A stretch of 64,000 bases of DNA, from positions 192,001 through 256,000 of the forward strand of contig OZ244252.1 in NCBI GenBank assembly GCA_965217185.1, given 5' to 3'. Position numbers and translations under genes: made by a program. This stretch comes from an uncultured Candidatus Entotheonella sp. Its GTDB lineage: Bacteria > Tectomicrobia > Entotheonellia > Entotheonellales > Entotheonellaceae. The notes beneath the pieces were generated by a model. The model searched no databases. It saw only the letters and a program-made list of their open reading frames with translations, and was not told the origin of the DNA. Shown piece after piece: positions 1-9,218 of the stretch. The stretch's first letter is position 1. Every line of letters starts with the position of its first letter.

Positions 1-450
1 TCTGAAGGTATGGATTCTACCGAGGAGGGAATAGGCCTCGTGGGACTCGGGGGCCAATTGAATGGCGCGCTCGCAGGCCTGCAGGGCCGCATCCAGATTG
101 CCTTGCTTGACGTGCAGACGGGCCAACTCCAGATGCAGGAAGTTGGAACGCGACTGAGTGCGCAGGGCCCGGCGCATCTCGTCAACAGCGCGGTTCAGGT
201 AATTCTGTTCCTTGTTGCTGCTGAACTGTAGCAGGTGGCTCAGAAGGTAGTGGAAATCGGACGCGGCGCGTTGTTGCAACGTCATGTAACGCCGGGCGGG
301 GGCGTTCGGGGGACTTATCGGACCGGAGTAAGGCGCTTGCGCGATGGCGCAGCCGCTGAAAAACAGCAGCAAGGCCACAACCGCCCGGAACAAAGGCCTC
401 CTGTTACTGCAACCTGTCGCGCACCGTGCTGAGCCCGTTGTGTTCTGCAT
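1..450 (-). CDS. TPR-repeat lipoprotein, partial (runs off the window start)
   Basis: Hand-translated from ATG at 450, open to the edge: MQNTTG...LLLFFSGC (lipobox-like)...LHLELARLHVKQGNLDAALQACERAIQLAPESHEAYSLLGRIH (TPR pattern). Confidence 0.75.
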   Translation of the reverse strand, partial: MQNTTGSARCATGCSNRRPLFRAVVALLLFFSGCAIAQAPYSGPISPPNAPARRYMTLQQRAASDFHYLLSHLLQFSSNKEQNYLNRAVDEMRRALRTQSRSNFLHLELARLHVKQGNLDAALQACERAIQLAPESHEAYSLLGRIHTFR

Positions 451-455
451 CGTTC

Positions 456-944
456 CTACCTTTTTGCTAGCAAATCTTGCCGCCATGCCCGTCTTGCCGT
501 CTCTCGCAATTCCGCGTCAGCGATGCACGCCGTGCCTTCCTGCACTTGGCGTTCCTCGTCCGCCGTCAACAGCGCCGGTTGTTGCGTCGGCCCCTCAGTC
601 GAGGTTCGCGGCCTTGACGGCTGGTCGGAAGCATAGGCCAGCACGAATCGCAGGTTCGAGACCTTCACGCCGCCGACGACGCTGCGAATGTTGTGCCGTA
701 ACTGCGCTTGATAAAACGTCATCTGCTGGAGCCAGATGGCGTCGCTGACGCTGATGAGCAACTCCCCCCACCTGAACCGCACGGGGTGCGACACCGTCGC
801 GAGTTGAGTACCCGCAATGGCGGTCCAGTTGCGCTGCAGCGCAACCAGGGCGACGACGTTTTCGAGTCCGGCCTGTTGCAAGGCGTCCGTCAGCGCAACG
901 TGCAACGGCTGCAGCGCTTTCTTGTTAGAAGCGCGGCGATTCAT
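456..944 (-). CDS. DUF721/DciA-family protein
   Basis: WTAIAG...SHPVRFRWGELLISVSDAIWLQQMTF pattern typical of DUF721. Confidence 0.75.
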   Translation of the reverse strand: MNRRASNKKALQPLHVALTDALQQAGLENVVALVALQRNWTAIAGTQLATVSHPVRFRWGELLISVSDAIWLQQMTFYQAQLRHNIRSVVGGVKVSNLRFVLAYASDQPSRPRTSTEGPTQQPALLTADEERQVQEGTACIADAELRETARRAWRQDLLAKR

Positions 945-1650
945 CGTCAGGGCCCTCGGGCTGAAGCCGGGCGCTTGGCGCGGAACGGCTCGTTGTTACC
1001 GGTTGGTCATTATACATCAGGGTGGCAATAGCCCCCATGATTTCTTTAACAATGGCTTCGGCGGTTTCCTTGCTGTTGGGCCGTTGGTAATACGGCTGCA
1101 GGTCCAACGGCCTGCCGTATCGCAGCGACACCGGCGTACGCCAGCGCGGCCACCATCGGCTGGAGCCCCAGACGCGGTCGGTACCGACGACGAGGATCGG
1201 GATGACAACGGGCTGAGCCTGGTAAATGATCTTGCCCAGCATGCGGTTGCCTTCGTGCAGGTGACCGTCACGGCTGCGGGTACCCTCGGGGAAGAGCATC
1301 ATTTTGCTGCTGCGCATATGGGTGAGCATGCGGCGGATGCCGCGCAGGTCGTTCCTGCCGCGGCGGACGGGGAAGACGCCCCAGGAGCGCAATAAGAGGC
1401 TGACGATCGACAGGCGGAACAGTTCTTCCTTGGCCGGCGCCCAGACCGTCTGGGCGCCGTGGGCCCTGTTGATGGAGTAGGGGATGAGCAGGGTGTCAAA
1501 CATGGAAATATGGTTGCTGGCGAGCACCACACCCCCGTGGCGTGGCACGTTCTCCAACCCCTGGATACGCAACCGGCAAAAGGGAAACAGGAAGAGCCCG
1601 ACCGCCCGAGTGGAGAAGCGGAGCCACAGTGTTGACAGAGTGGATGGCAT
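925..1650 (-). CDS. plsC: 1-acyl-sn-glycerol-3-phosphate (lysophospholipid) acyltransferase
   Basis: NHISMFD and FPEGTRS motifs. Confidence 0.85.
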   Translation of the reverse strand: MPSTLSTLWLRFSTRAVGLFLFPFCRLRIQGLENVPRHGGVVLASNHISMFDTLLIPYSINRAHGAQTVWAPAKEELFRLSIVSLLLRSWGVFPVRRGRNDLRGIRRMLTHMRSSKMMLFPEGTRSRDGHLHEGNRMLGKIIYQAQPVVIPILVVGTDRVWGSSRWWPRWRTPVSLRYGRPLDLQPYYQRPNSKETAEAIVKEIMGAIATLMYNDQPVTTSRSAPSARLQPEGPDDESPRF

Positions 1651-1684
1651 GATGGCTCCCTTGGACGCCTCCTGGCCACCGGCG

Positions 1685-2149
1685 TCAGGCTTGTGGCGGC
1701 GTCGGGTTGGCGTTCTGGCTCAGTGCCTGGTGTGCGGCCTGCAGCGCCAGCTCATAGCTGTGTGGTCCGAAACCCGCCACTTGGCCGAGGGCGATGTCCG
1801 CAATGTACGAATGCGCACGGAACGGCTCGCGCCGGTAAATGTTCGACAGATGGACTTCGATGACCGGAATACCCACCCCCAGAATCGCATCCCGCAGGGC
1901 GACGCTGGTGTGGGTGAAGGCAGCGGGGTTGAGGATCAGGATGTCCGCTTGCCGGCCATGGGCCTGAATCCAGTCGACCAACTCCCCTTCGTGGTTTGTC
2001 TGAAAGCATTCCGTTTCATGCCCCAGCCGCGCCGCTGCCTGCTGGAGGTTCTGATTGATGTCGGCCAGGGTTGTGGTGCCGTAGATGTGCTGCTCGCGGC
2101 TGCCCAGGAGATTGAGATTCGGGCCGTGGGCGATGAGTATCCGTGCCAT
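1685..2149 (-). CDS. aroQ: type II 3-dehydroquinate dehydratase
   Basis: HGPNLNLLGSRE, NPAAFTHTS, EVHLSN motifs; start taken at MARILI. Confidence 0.95.
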   Translation of the reverse strand: MARILIAHGPNLNLLGSREQHIYGTTTLADINQNLQQAAARLGHETECFQTNHEGELVDWIQAHGRQADILILNPAAFTHTSVALRDAILGVGIPVIEVHLSNIYRREPFRAHSYIADIALGQVAGFGPHSYELALQAAHQALSQNANPTPPQA

Positions 2150-2163
2150 GGCTGTTACCGCCC

Positions 2164-3279
2164 TCACTGTGCGGTTGCGGGTGCTGCGGTGTATTCCTCA
2201 AGCAGCCCTTGCAGTTCGTCGAGGGGCACGGATTGCTGGAAGGCCACCGAGCCGATGTCTTCGAGCATCACGAATCGCACCACGCCGTTGACCGATTTTT
2301 TGTCGTGCGCCATCACGTCCAGCAGAGGCTGGGGCATGATGTCGGAATACGCGACGGGCAGTCGCAGGGCTGTCAGCAAGTCGTACAAACGTTCGCGTAC
2401 GTCCGCCGAGCAATACTGCAGCCGCTCGGACAGGCGCGCGACCAGCGCCATGCCGATTGCGACAGCCTCGCCGTGCGTGTAGCGCGCGTAGGCGGTGGCG
2501 GCTTCGAGTGCGTGGCCGATGGTGTGGCCGAAATTGAGAATGGCCCGCACGCCCTTCTCGGTGGGGTCCTCCTGCACCACCCGCACCTTCACCGCAATGG
2601 CGCGCTCGATGAGCGTGGTCAGCGTGACTTCGTTGCGCTCGCGGATGGCCTGTACGCGGCTTTCCATAAAGGCGAACAGCTCGGGGTCGCCGATGGCGCC
2701 GGCTTTGACGATTTCGCTCAGCCCGCAAAGGTATTCACGCTCCGGGAGCGAGGCCAGCAGGCTGGTGTCCGTCAGCACCATGCGAGGCGGGTAGAAGGCC
2801 CCGATCAGGTTCTTGCCGAGGGGGTGATTGACGCCCGTTTTGCCGCCGATGCTGCTATCGACCATGGCCAGAAGCGACGTGGGTACGTGCACCAGTGGAA
2901 TGCCGCGCATGTAGCTGGCGGCTACGAAGCCGCTCAGGTCGCCGATCACGCCGCCCCCCAGGGCGAAAATCACGCTTTGCCGGTCGGCGCCCATCCGCGC
3001 CAGCCTGGTGAACAGCCTAGCCGCATGCCGCAGCGTCTTGCTCCGTTCCCCCTCTGGGACCAGGCACGACTCGACCACATAGTCGGCCGCACGCAGTGAC
3101 TCGCTCAACTGTCCGCCGTACAACTCGTACAGGCTGGGATGCGTCAGCACAAACGCCTTGCGCCCGTTATTCCAGGCGCGCGCCTGCTGCCCCAACTGCG
3201 CCAATGCCCCGGCGCCGATATGGATGTCGTACTGTTCGGTAGCCGTCTGCACGGCAATGCAACGTGGCGTGGATGGCAT
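2164..3279 (-). CDS. aroB: 3-dehydroquinate synthase
   Basis: GGGVIGD, PTSLLAMVDSSIGGKTGVN, LNFGHTIGHA, HGEAVAIG. Confidence 0.95.
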   Translation of the reverse strand: MPSTPRCIAVQTATEQYDIHIGAGALAQLGQQARAWNNGRKAFVLTHPSLYELYGGQLSESLRAADYVVESCLVPEGERSKTLRHAARLFTRLARMGADRQSVIFALGGGVIGDLSGFVAASYMRGIPLVHVPTSLLAMVDSSIGGKTGVNHPLGKNLIGAFYPPRMVLTDTSLLASLPEREYLCGLSEIVKAGAIGDPELFAFMESRVQAIRERNEVTLTTLIERAIAVKVRVVQEDPTEKGVRAILNFGHTIGHALEAATAYARYTHGEAVAIGMALVARLSERLQYCSADVRERLYDLLTALRLPVAYSDIMPQPLLDVMAHDKKSVNGVVRFVMLEDIGSVAFQQSVPLDELQGLLEEYTAAPATAQ

Positions 3280-3363
3280 GATAGCTCCTTACAAAAACGT
3301 GTCGCGGTGAGTCTGTGAATCCGGCAATGGTATCACAGCTTTCCACCATGGCGCCCGGTGCCG

Positions 3364-5617
3364 TCACTGCAGCGTCTCCAGGCTTTCCTGCGGTTCGCGG
3401 ATGATGCGCGGGGTGATGAAAAACAACAATTCGTCGGTGGTATCACGGTTGCGGGTTTTGCGGAAGAGCCAGCCCAGGCCGGGGATTTTCGACAAGAAGG
3501 GCACGCCGTTCTGGCTCGTGCTCATGTCGTGGGTGTAGAGGCCGCCGATGACCACCGTATCCCCGTCGCGCACCAGAATTTCGGTGGTGGCTTCGCGGGT
3601 GATGATGGTGGGCACGCCGTCGCGCGAGGTGTTGGTGAAGTCGGCAGCGTTGCGCGAGGCCGCGATCTTCATGTTGATGAAGCCGTGCGGCGTCACGTGC
3701 GGGGTGACGCGCAGGCTGATGCTGGCGTCGGCGAACTGCGTCTGGGTGCCTTGATTCTCGGAGGTGGTCTCGAACGGAATGCGCCGGCCGCTCTGGATGA
3801 GGGCTTCCGTGTTGTCCAACGTGGCAATGCGCGGTCTGGAGATCACCTTGCCGCGCCCGGAGGACTCCAGGGCGGAGAGGTGAACGTCGAGGAAGCTGCC
3901 GCCGACACTGGCGAAAGAAATGCCCAGCGAGCCGCCGGCTCCCACTCCGACCTGGGCGGGCAGGTCCAGAATGAAATTGCCGGGAACGTCGGAGCCCGCA
4001 CGGCTTCCTCCTCCGAAAATCGATACGGCGCTGGGAAAGGACGCGCTGGTTTTCTCTTCCGCGCGCCCGGCAAGCTGCACCCCCAGCTCGCGTAGGAAGT
4101 TGCGGGAGGATTCGACGATACGCGACTCGATCATGATCTGCGGTGTCGCGCGGTCCAGCGTCGCCACCAGGTCGGTTATCGTGCTGATGGCGGCCCGCGT
4201 ATCGTTGACGATAATCGTGTTGGTGCGCGTATCGACGGCCAGTGAGCCTCTGTCGCTCAGCAGCTTCTCCAGGTTCGGCTGCAGAGCGGCGGCGTTGGCG
4301 TAGCTGATGGTGATCACCTGCGTGAACGTCGGCTGGATTTGCCGCTGCGCCTCCTGCTCCCGCAGCCTGGCCTCGCGTTTCTTGACGAAATGCTCCAGCG
4401 GCGCGATGCGGATGACGTTGCCGGACCGTTCTTGTCCCATGCCGTTGATGCTGAGCACCGCGTCCAGTGCCTCATCCCACGGCACGTTTTCCAGACGGGT
4501 GGTGACTTTGCCCTGCACGTCGGCCCCGGCGATGATGTTCACCCCCACCACGTCAGCGATCAGCCGCAGGACGTCGTGAAGGTCGGCTTCCTGCATGTCG
4601 AGGGAGATAGTTTCGCCACTAGTAGCTGTTCAACGTAATGCACAGGCATGATAAGTTGCCTCCCAGTAAGCTGCTGGCCATAAGCTGGGAGGGATGATTG
4701 TGAAGAAGCTCTATGTGGTCCGTTTGAGTGAAGAAGAACGGACCGAATTGACGAAACGGGTCAAGTTGCATCATCTCTATCCCGTGATCAAAGATTGACG
4801 CACTACTAGGCACGAGAGACGGATCGTCGTGTTCGGACGGCGGTTCGGGAGCCGCCTCGGTCTCCGGGAGTTCCACCACCGCTTCGGGCGGTGCCGGCTC
4901 TGCTGTTATTTCGTCCGTCGCAGACTCCGTACCTGTCTCGGAGGCCGGGGGTTCTGCGGCCGTCTCAGATGACATCGGCTCGTCGGGTGCATCGACCGGC
5001 TCGGATGGCGGTGGTTCCGGTTCCGAGATTGCCTCGGCTTCCGGGAGTTCCATGACCCTCTCGGGCAAGGCCGGCTCTGCGTCCGCTTCTGGAGCCGGGG
5101 TTGGGCTTTCGGCAGCACCGGCGTCAGGCTGCCGGCGGGCCAAAGCGAGCCGTATCACACCCTGGTCCTGTTCCACTTCGAACGGAACGGCTTCATGCAG
5201 ATGAACCCTGATGATGACCTGCGGTTGCATGTCGCGAATCCGTTCCACCGCCACCACCTTGGTCACGGTGCCACCCGGGTCCTGCAAGGCAAAGACCGAT
5301 TGCTCGGTGCCCAGGCGCGTTGCTTGAATGTCCAGGGCCACGTGGGTCGGCTCGTGCCGTTGATGAGCGCGTATCTGCGGTGGCGCACCCGAGGTCCGCA
5401 CGACGACCACCGCTGCATCGACTTGGCTTTCAAAGGAGACGTCGGTTACGACAGTTGCCGCGTCGCCGAAGAGATCCGGCACCGGTTCCGGCTGCCACAG
5501 GGCATCGGCTCCGGCGGGCGTGTACGGCTCCAATTCGGTGTGGCATCCGCTTATGCACAGGGCCGCGACAAGCCCAAAGACTACACAAAAAATGCCTCCG
5601 GCAAGGCGCATGCTCAC
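3364..5617 (-). pseudogene. pilQ: type IV pilus secretin PilQ interrupted by a 187-bp MITE (4623-4809)
   Basis: Removing 4623-4809 joins ORFs 4619..5617 and 3364..4596 in frame (...DPSLVPS-GETISLDMQEADLHDVLRLIA...; 689 codons). N-terminal AMIN-like region; secretin C-domain motif VPFLSKIPGLGWLF. Confidence 0.92.
4623..4809 (+). mobile_element. MITE-A copy 1, internally deleted IS630-family derivative
   Basis: CTAG at both 4619-4622 and 4806-4809; imperfect terminal inverted repeats; near-identical copy at 9033-9218; mini-ORF 4694-4798 MIVKKLYVVRLSEEERTELTKRVKLHHLYPVIKD resembles fused N- and C-termini of IS630 transposases. Confidence 0.88.
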
Positions 5618-6570
5618 CCTCCTTCGCCATCCCGGCGCCGCAGCGGCAGGGTGAGCGGTTCCGAAATAATTTCGTTTTCAGGTGTCACGTAGAATTCCTC
5701 TATGACGAGCGCCTGCTCGCGGATTTCGGAAACGCGCCCGCCGTGCGTGCCCATCCGGGTGCCGACCGTGACGTAATACCCCTTGCCGTCCGGCGCTTTG
5801 ACCAGCGCTTTGCTGCCGAAGCCGCCTCGCACGATGGCGACCAGCTTCAGATCCGCCAGGTCGAAACGTTCCAGCGGCTCGCGTGCTTCGGTAGGCGCGC
5901 GCTCCACGCGTTTGGGGGCCGCTGGCGGGGGCGCCTCTTTGACGAGGGGTTCCATGGGGTCGCGCCGTCCCTGTGGATCGTAGCCGAAGCCTGCGGCCAC
6001 TGACACAGGCTCCACATCTGCTCCGTCTTCGCCAAGATAGCGAAACGTGGTCGCCAGGCATTGGGTCGTTTGCCCCATCGCCTGCATGTCGAGTCGGTTT
6101 ACCTGGATAAGTCCCGGCCATGTGGCCAAACGATCCAGGAATAATCCAACGGCGTGGTACGGGCCTTGTAGTTTCATCATAATCGGCATTTCCGCGTACA
6201 GTTCGCTGCGTCGTTCGCTCTGCGGCCGTAACAAGTCGATCCGTAGGCCCGTGCGGGCGCCAAGGTCGGAAATCCGGCGGATCAGGGTGGGCGGGTCCTG
6301 CTGCCGCGGCAGGAATTGTCGATGCCGGACCAACTCGGCCCTGAGCGCAGCCACGGCGTCCTCCAGCCCCTCGACCTGGGCGGCGATGGTGCGCTGGCGC
6401 CGCAACTGTTGCGTCTCCGAGGCGTTGCGCGCCTGCAAGGCGGCCAGTTCTTCGGCGCGCGGCTGGTGCACGATGTTCCAATAGGTGCCCCCGACCAGCA
6501 GCAAGAGAACCGGCACCATCACCCAGCGATACAGGCTCGGAATCGTTTCGAGGCGTTCTATCCAAGGCAT
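5614..6570 (-). CDS. pilO: fused type IV pilus assembly protein PilO-PilP
   Basis: N-terminal PilO (TM helix, coiled coil, YAEMPIMMKLQGPYHAVGLFLDRL) continues in frame into PilP (YDPQGRRDP, PLERFDLADLKLVAIV, ALVKAPDGKGYYVTVG). Confidence 0.85.
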   Translation of the reverse strand: MPWIERLETIPSLYRWVMVPVLLLLVGGTYWNIVHQPRAEELAALQARNASETQQLRRQRTIAAQVEGLEDAVAALRAELVRHRQFLPRQQDPPTLIRRISDLGARTGLRIDLLRPQSERRSELYAEMPIMMKLQGPYHAVGLFLDRLATWPGLIQVNRLDMQAMGQTTQCLATTFRYLGEDGADVEPVSVAAGFGYDPQGRRDPMEPLVKEAPPPAAPKRVERAPTEAREPLERFDLADLKLVAIVRGGFGSKALVKAPDGKGYYVTVGTRMGTHGGRVSEIREQALVIEEFYVTPENEIISEPLTLPLRRRDGEGG

Positions 6571-6587
6571 GAATTACTCCGGTTGTC

Positions 6588-7148
6588 TCACGGCCCTGTC
6601 TCGGGCAGCGCTAAATGGGCGGCCACGATGAAGGCCACGATGGGCCTGCCGTGCAGCACCCCGGCCTTCGATTCCACCAGAACGACACGCGAAAACGGTG
6701 CGCCGGAAGCCACACCAAGATTCTCCATGAACGCCGCGACACTCTCATTGTCAAATGATTTGCCAGTGATCTCAAGACCCGCGTCAGTGTCGCGGACGGT
6801 GTCCAGCCATATCTGTTCCGGGAGGCTTTGGCTGATTGCTGAAAGCAGCCGTGCCGGTTGTCGTTGAGCGCTCCGCAGGCCGTCGATCGCCGACACCTTG
6901 CGCTCGAGTTCCGCCTTCTTGACCTGCAATCGCGCCGCCTGTTTCAGCAGAGGCTGCAACGTCTTCAACTCGGCCTCTACTCGCCGTTGTTCGTCGCGTT
7001 GCGTCGTCAGGTGACGGTCCTGCATTCCATGCAATCGGGTGCCGACCGCCGCCAGGACGAGCAGGGCGAACAGGGTCAGCGACAGTTGCCACCAGGTTTC
7101 GCCGTGGCGCCTGATGTTTTGCGTTCCGAGCAGATTGACGCGGATCAT
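6588..7148 (-). CDS. pilN: type IV pilus assembly protein PilN
   Basis: MIRVNLL N-terminal motif, TM helix, LPEQIWL; operon position. Confidence 0.9.
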   Translation of the reverse strand: MIRVNLLGTQNIRRHGETWWQLSLTLFALLVLAAVGTRLHGMQDRHLTTQRDEQRRVEAELKTLQPLLKQAARLQVKKAELERKVSAIDGLRSAQRQPARLLSAISQSLPEQIWLDTVRDTDAGLEITGKSFDNESVAAFMENLGVASGAPFSRVVLVESKAGVLHGRPIVAFIVAAHLALPETGP

Positions 7149-8221
7149 CGATCGCCTCGCCTCCTCAAGGCCAGTCCTGCAGCCACCGCGGCGAGCGGCG
7201 CCATGTCTCGCAGGTAGGCGGCATCGAACTGGCTGTCGTCACAATCAATGCGGTCGAATGGGTTCGCCACGCTGACCGGCAATCCCAAGTGCGCGCCGAG
7301 AAAGCGATCAAGCCCCTTCATGCGGGCGCAGCCGCCGCTGATCACAACGCGGTCGACATCCCGGTTGGTGGTGGCGCGAAAAAGCTCGAACGACCGCCGC
7401 AGTTCGCCGCCGATTTCGGTGCTCACCGCTGCCAAGACGCCGAGCAAGGCTTCCCGTTGTGCGGCGTCAATGTGTCCATGGCCCATTTTCAATGCCTCCG
7501 CCTCATCATGGTCAACCCCGAAGGCATTCTGCACTGCGGACGTGTAGCGGTGGCCGCCGGTGGCGACGGCGCGCTGAAACCGCGTCACGCCGTTGACCAC
7601 GATGTTGACGTTCGTGGTGCTGGCGCCGATATCGACGAGGGCTATCGGCACGTCTGCCAAGCCGTGCGCTGCCTCAAACGCGTTCGCCAGCGCCAAGGCG
7701 TCGACGTCGACCACGACCGGCCTGAGCCCGGCGGCGGTGAGCAGACCCGTGTCCTCGGCGACCTTTGCCTTCCGCGCTGCCACCAGCAGAACGTCCATCT
7801 GCCCGCCTGTTGCGTCGTCTGGCGAGAGAATTCGAAAATCCAGATTGACGTCGGCCATGTCGAACGGGATATGCTGTTCCGCCTCCCATTGCATTGCTTC
7901 GGCCAACTCCCTGTCGCTCATGCGTGGGAGGCGAATAGTCTTGCTCAGAACCGCTTAGCCTGACAGTGCGACGGCCGTATCCCTGGCGCTGATTTTCTCC
8001 ATGCGGATCAGATTGCGGATCGCCGTGACCACGCTGCCCTCGTCCATGCTGGTATGATCGACGATGGCTCGGGGGGGCAGGGGCATGACGCCAAAGTTGA
8101 CGAGTTGGTAACTGCCTTGGCGAGCTTTGAGCCTGACCAATTTGATCGAATGGCTGCCAATGTCGAGCCCCGTCAACAGGGGCTTGCGGCCGAAATGTGG
8201 GAGGCGTTGCAGAAGAGCCAT
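7145..8221 (-). pseudogene. pilM: type IV pilus assembly protein PilM with in-frame stop (TAA at 7955-7957)
   Basis: ORFs 7955..8221 and 7145..7921 share a frame: GLDIGSHSIKLV...ALSG*AVLSKTIRLPRMSDRE...EAEQHIPF...VDIGASTT...SGGCA. Confidence 0.88.
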
Positions 8222-8239
8222 GGATAGAAGTCAACTCCC
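8178..8239. repeat. left copy of exact 62-bp direct repeat (pilM start region), att-like
   Basis: Identical to 16785-16846; adjacent 8142-8177 matches 16749-16784 at 30/36. Confidence 0.92.
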
Positions 8240-8346
8240 AGATTGATTTTTTCAGGAATCGCCATGGCCCGTAGGCCACATAGAGCGGTTTTCACATGAC
8301 GATACGGCAAACCCGGCGGTGACGTGCAGCCCCGTAGCCTTTCCAG

Positions 8347-8572
8347 GGTGGCGCAGGCTTTCAGTCTGCGCGAAGGGCGGTCCCGCCCTCCGTGGGCAGA
8401 CAGGAATGTCTGCCCCACCTTTCTGGCGAAAACCAGATGTAAGAACCATGAAAAGAGGCTTCCCGCACCCGTCACTCCTGCGGAAGCCGGGAGTCCAGGG
8501 TTTTCCCGGGTTAGAGAACCTGCCCCGGACTCGATCCGGGGTCGCTGGATTCCCGCTTTCGCGGGAGATGAC
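8347..8572. repeat. cluster of REP-like palindromic elements
   Basis: gcgcaggctttcagtctgcgc and gggcagacaggaatgtctgccc (8347-8419); gtcactcctgcggaagccgggagtccag...ccccggactcgatccgggg...ctggattcccgctttcgcgggagatgac (8471-8572). Confidence 0.65.
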
Positions 8573-8913
8573 ATATCAACGGGCCAACCCCCATTCAGCA
8601 GTGCGCACACTCCGCACCGGTCGGCAGGTTTCCCGCATCCGTTGCTCCAGCCTCAGCGTGATCTCGACCTCAACCCCTTTGCGCAGCGCACATTCCTAGA
8701 CGATCGCGACTCGCCAGCTAGTCTCTTTTCCTGGTAGGATTCGGAGAGTCTGAGCGGTCACGCCGGCACGTCGAAAACGAGGATGGCGACAGTGACCTCT
8801 CGGTTCACGTCGTCGCGATGGCCGAAGACGTAACGAAATTCCGTCTCCGACTTGGCGTCTCGCTCGGCCTTGTAGTTTGGATGTTCCCGAACGGTTTTGG
8901 TTATTCCTTCTAG

Positions 8914-9032
8914 TACCTCGTCAACGTGATATGCACGGATGCCGAAAACCGTCCATGTGCACCCCTGCCTCGCGAGGCAGGGGTGCACATGGCATGGTCC
9001 TTCCCCCACTTTTCAGATTGACTAGGTACTAG
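8914..9032. mobile_element. MITE-B (119 bp including CTAG) with a long internal perfect palindrome
   Basis: CTAG at 8910-8913 and 9029-9032; inverted ends tacctcgtcaa / ttgactaggta; internal palindrome ccatgtgcacccctgcctcgcgaggcaggggtgcacatgg. Confidence 0.82.
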
Positions 9033-9218
9033 TAGCTGTTCAACGTAATGCACAGGCATGATAAGTTGCCTCCCAGTAAGCTGCTGGCCATAGCTGGGAG
9101 GGATGATTGTGAAGAAGCTCTATGTGGTCCGTTTGAGTGAAGAAGAACGGGCCGAATTGACGAAACGGGTCAAGTTGCATCATCTCTATCCCGTGATCAA
9201 AGATTGACGCACTACTAG
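9033..9218 (+). mobile_element. MITE-A copy 2 (186 bp)
   Basis: Differs from 4623-4809 by one deletion and one substitution; CTAG at 9029-9032 and 9215-9218; mini-ORF 9103-9207. Confidence 0.88.

Noticed and set aside
1484..2482. Long plus-strand ORFs opposite aroQ/aroB, and similar shadow ORFs elsewhere (24278-25513, 27892-29082, 28827-30278, 55087-58323)
   Set aside because: Antisense or alternate-frame shadows of well-supported genes in GC-rich DNA, with no recognisable motifs
4619..5617. Stand-alone 332-aa AMIN protein separate from pilQ
   Set aside because: Its last ~60 aa are read-through into MITE-A; it is the 5' half of pilQ
7955..7957. Programmed stop-codon recoding in pilM
   Set aside because: The codon is TAA rather than TGA/TAG, no recoding signal is evident, and other lesions point to decay
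8758..9009. Independent 83-aa gene
   Set aside because: Its N-terminus derives from MITE-B and the remainder is the C-terminus of the interrupted nuclease
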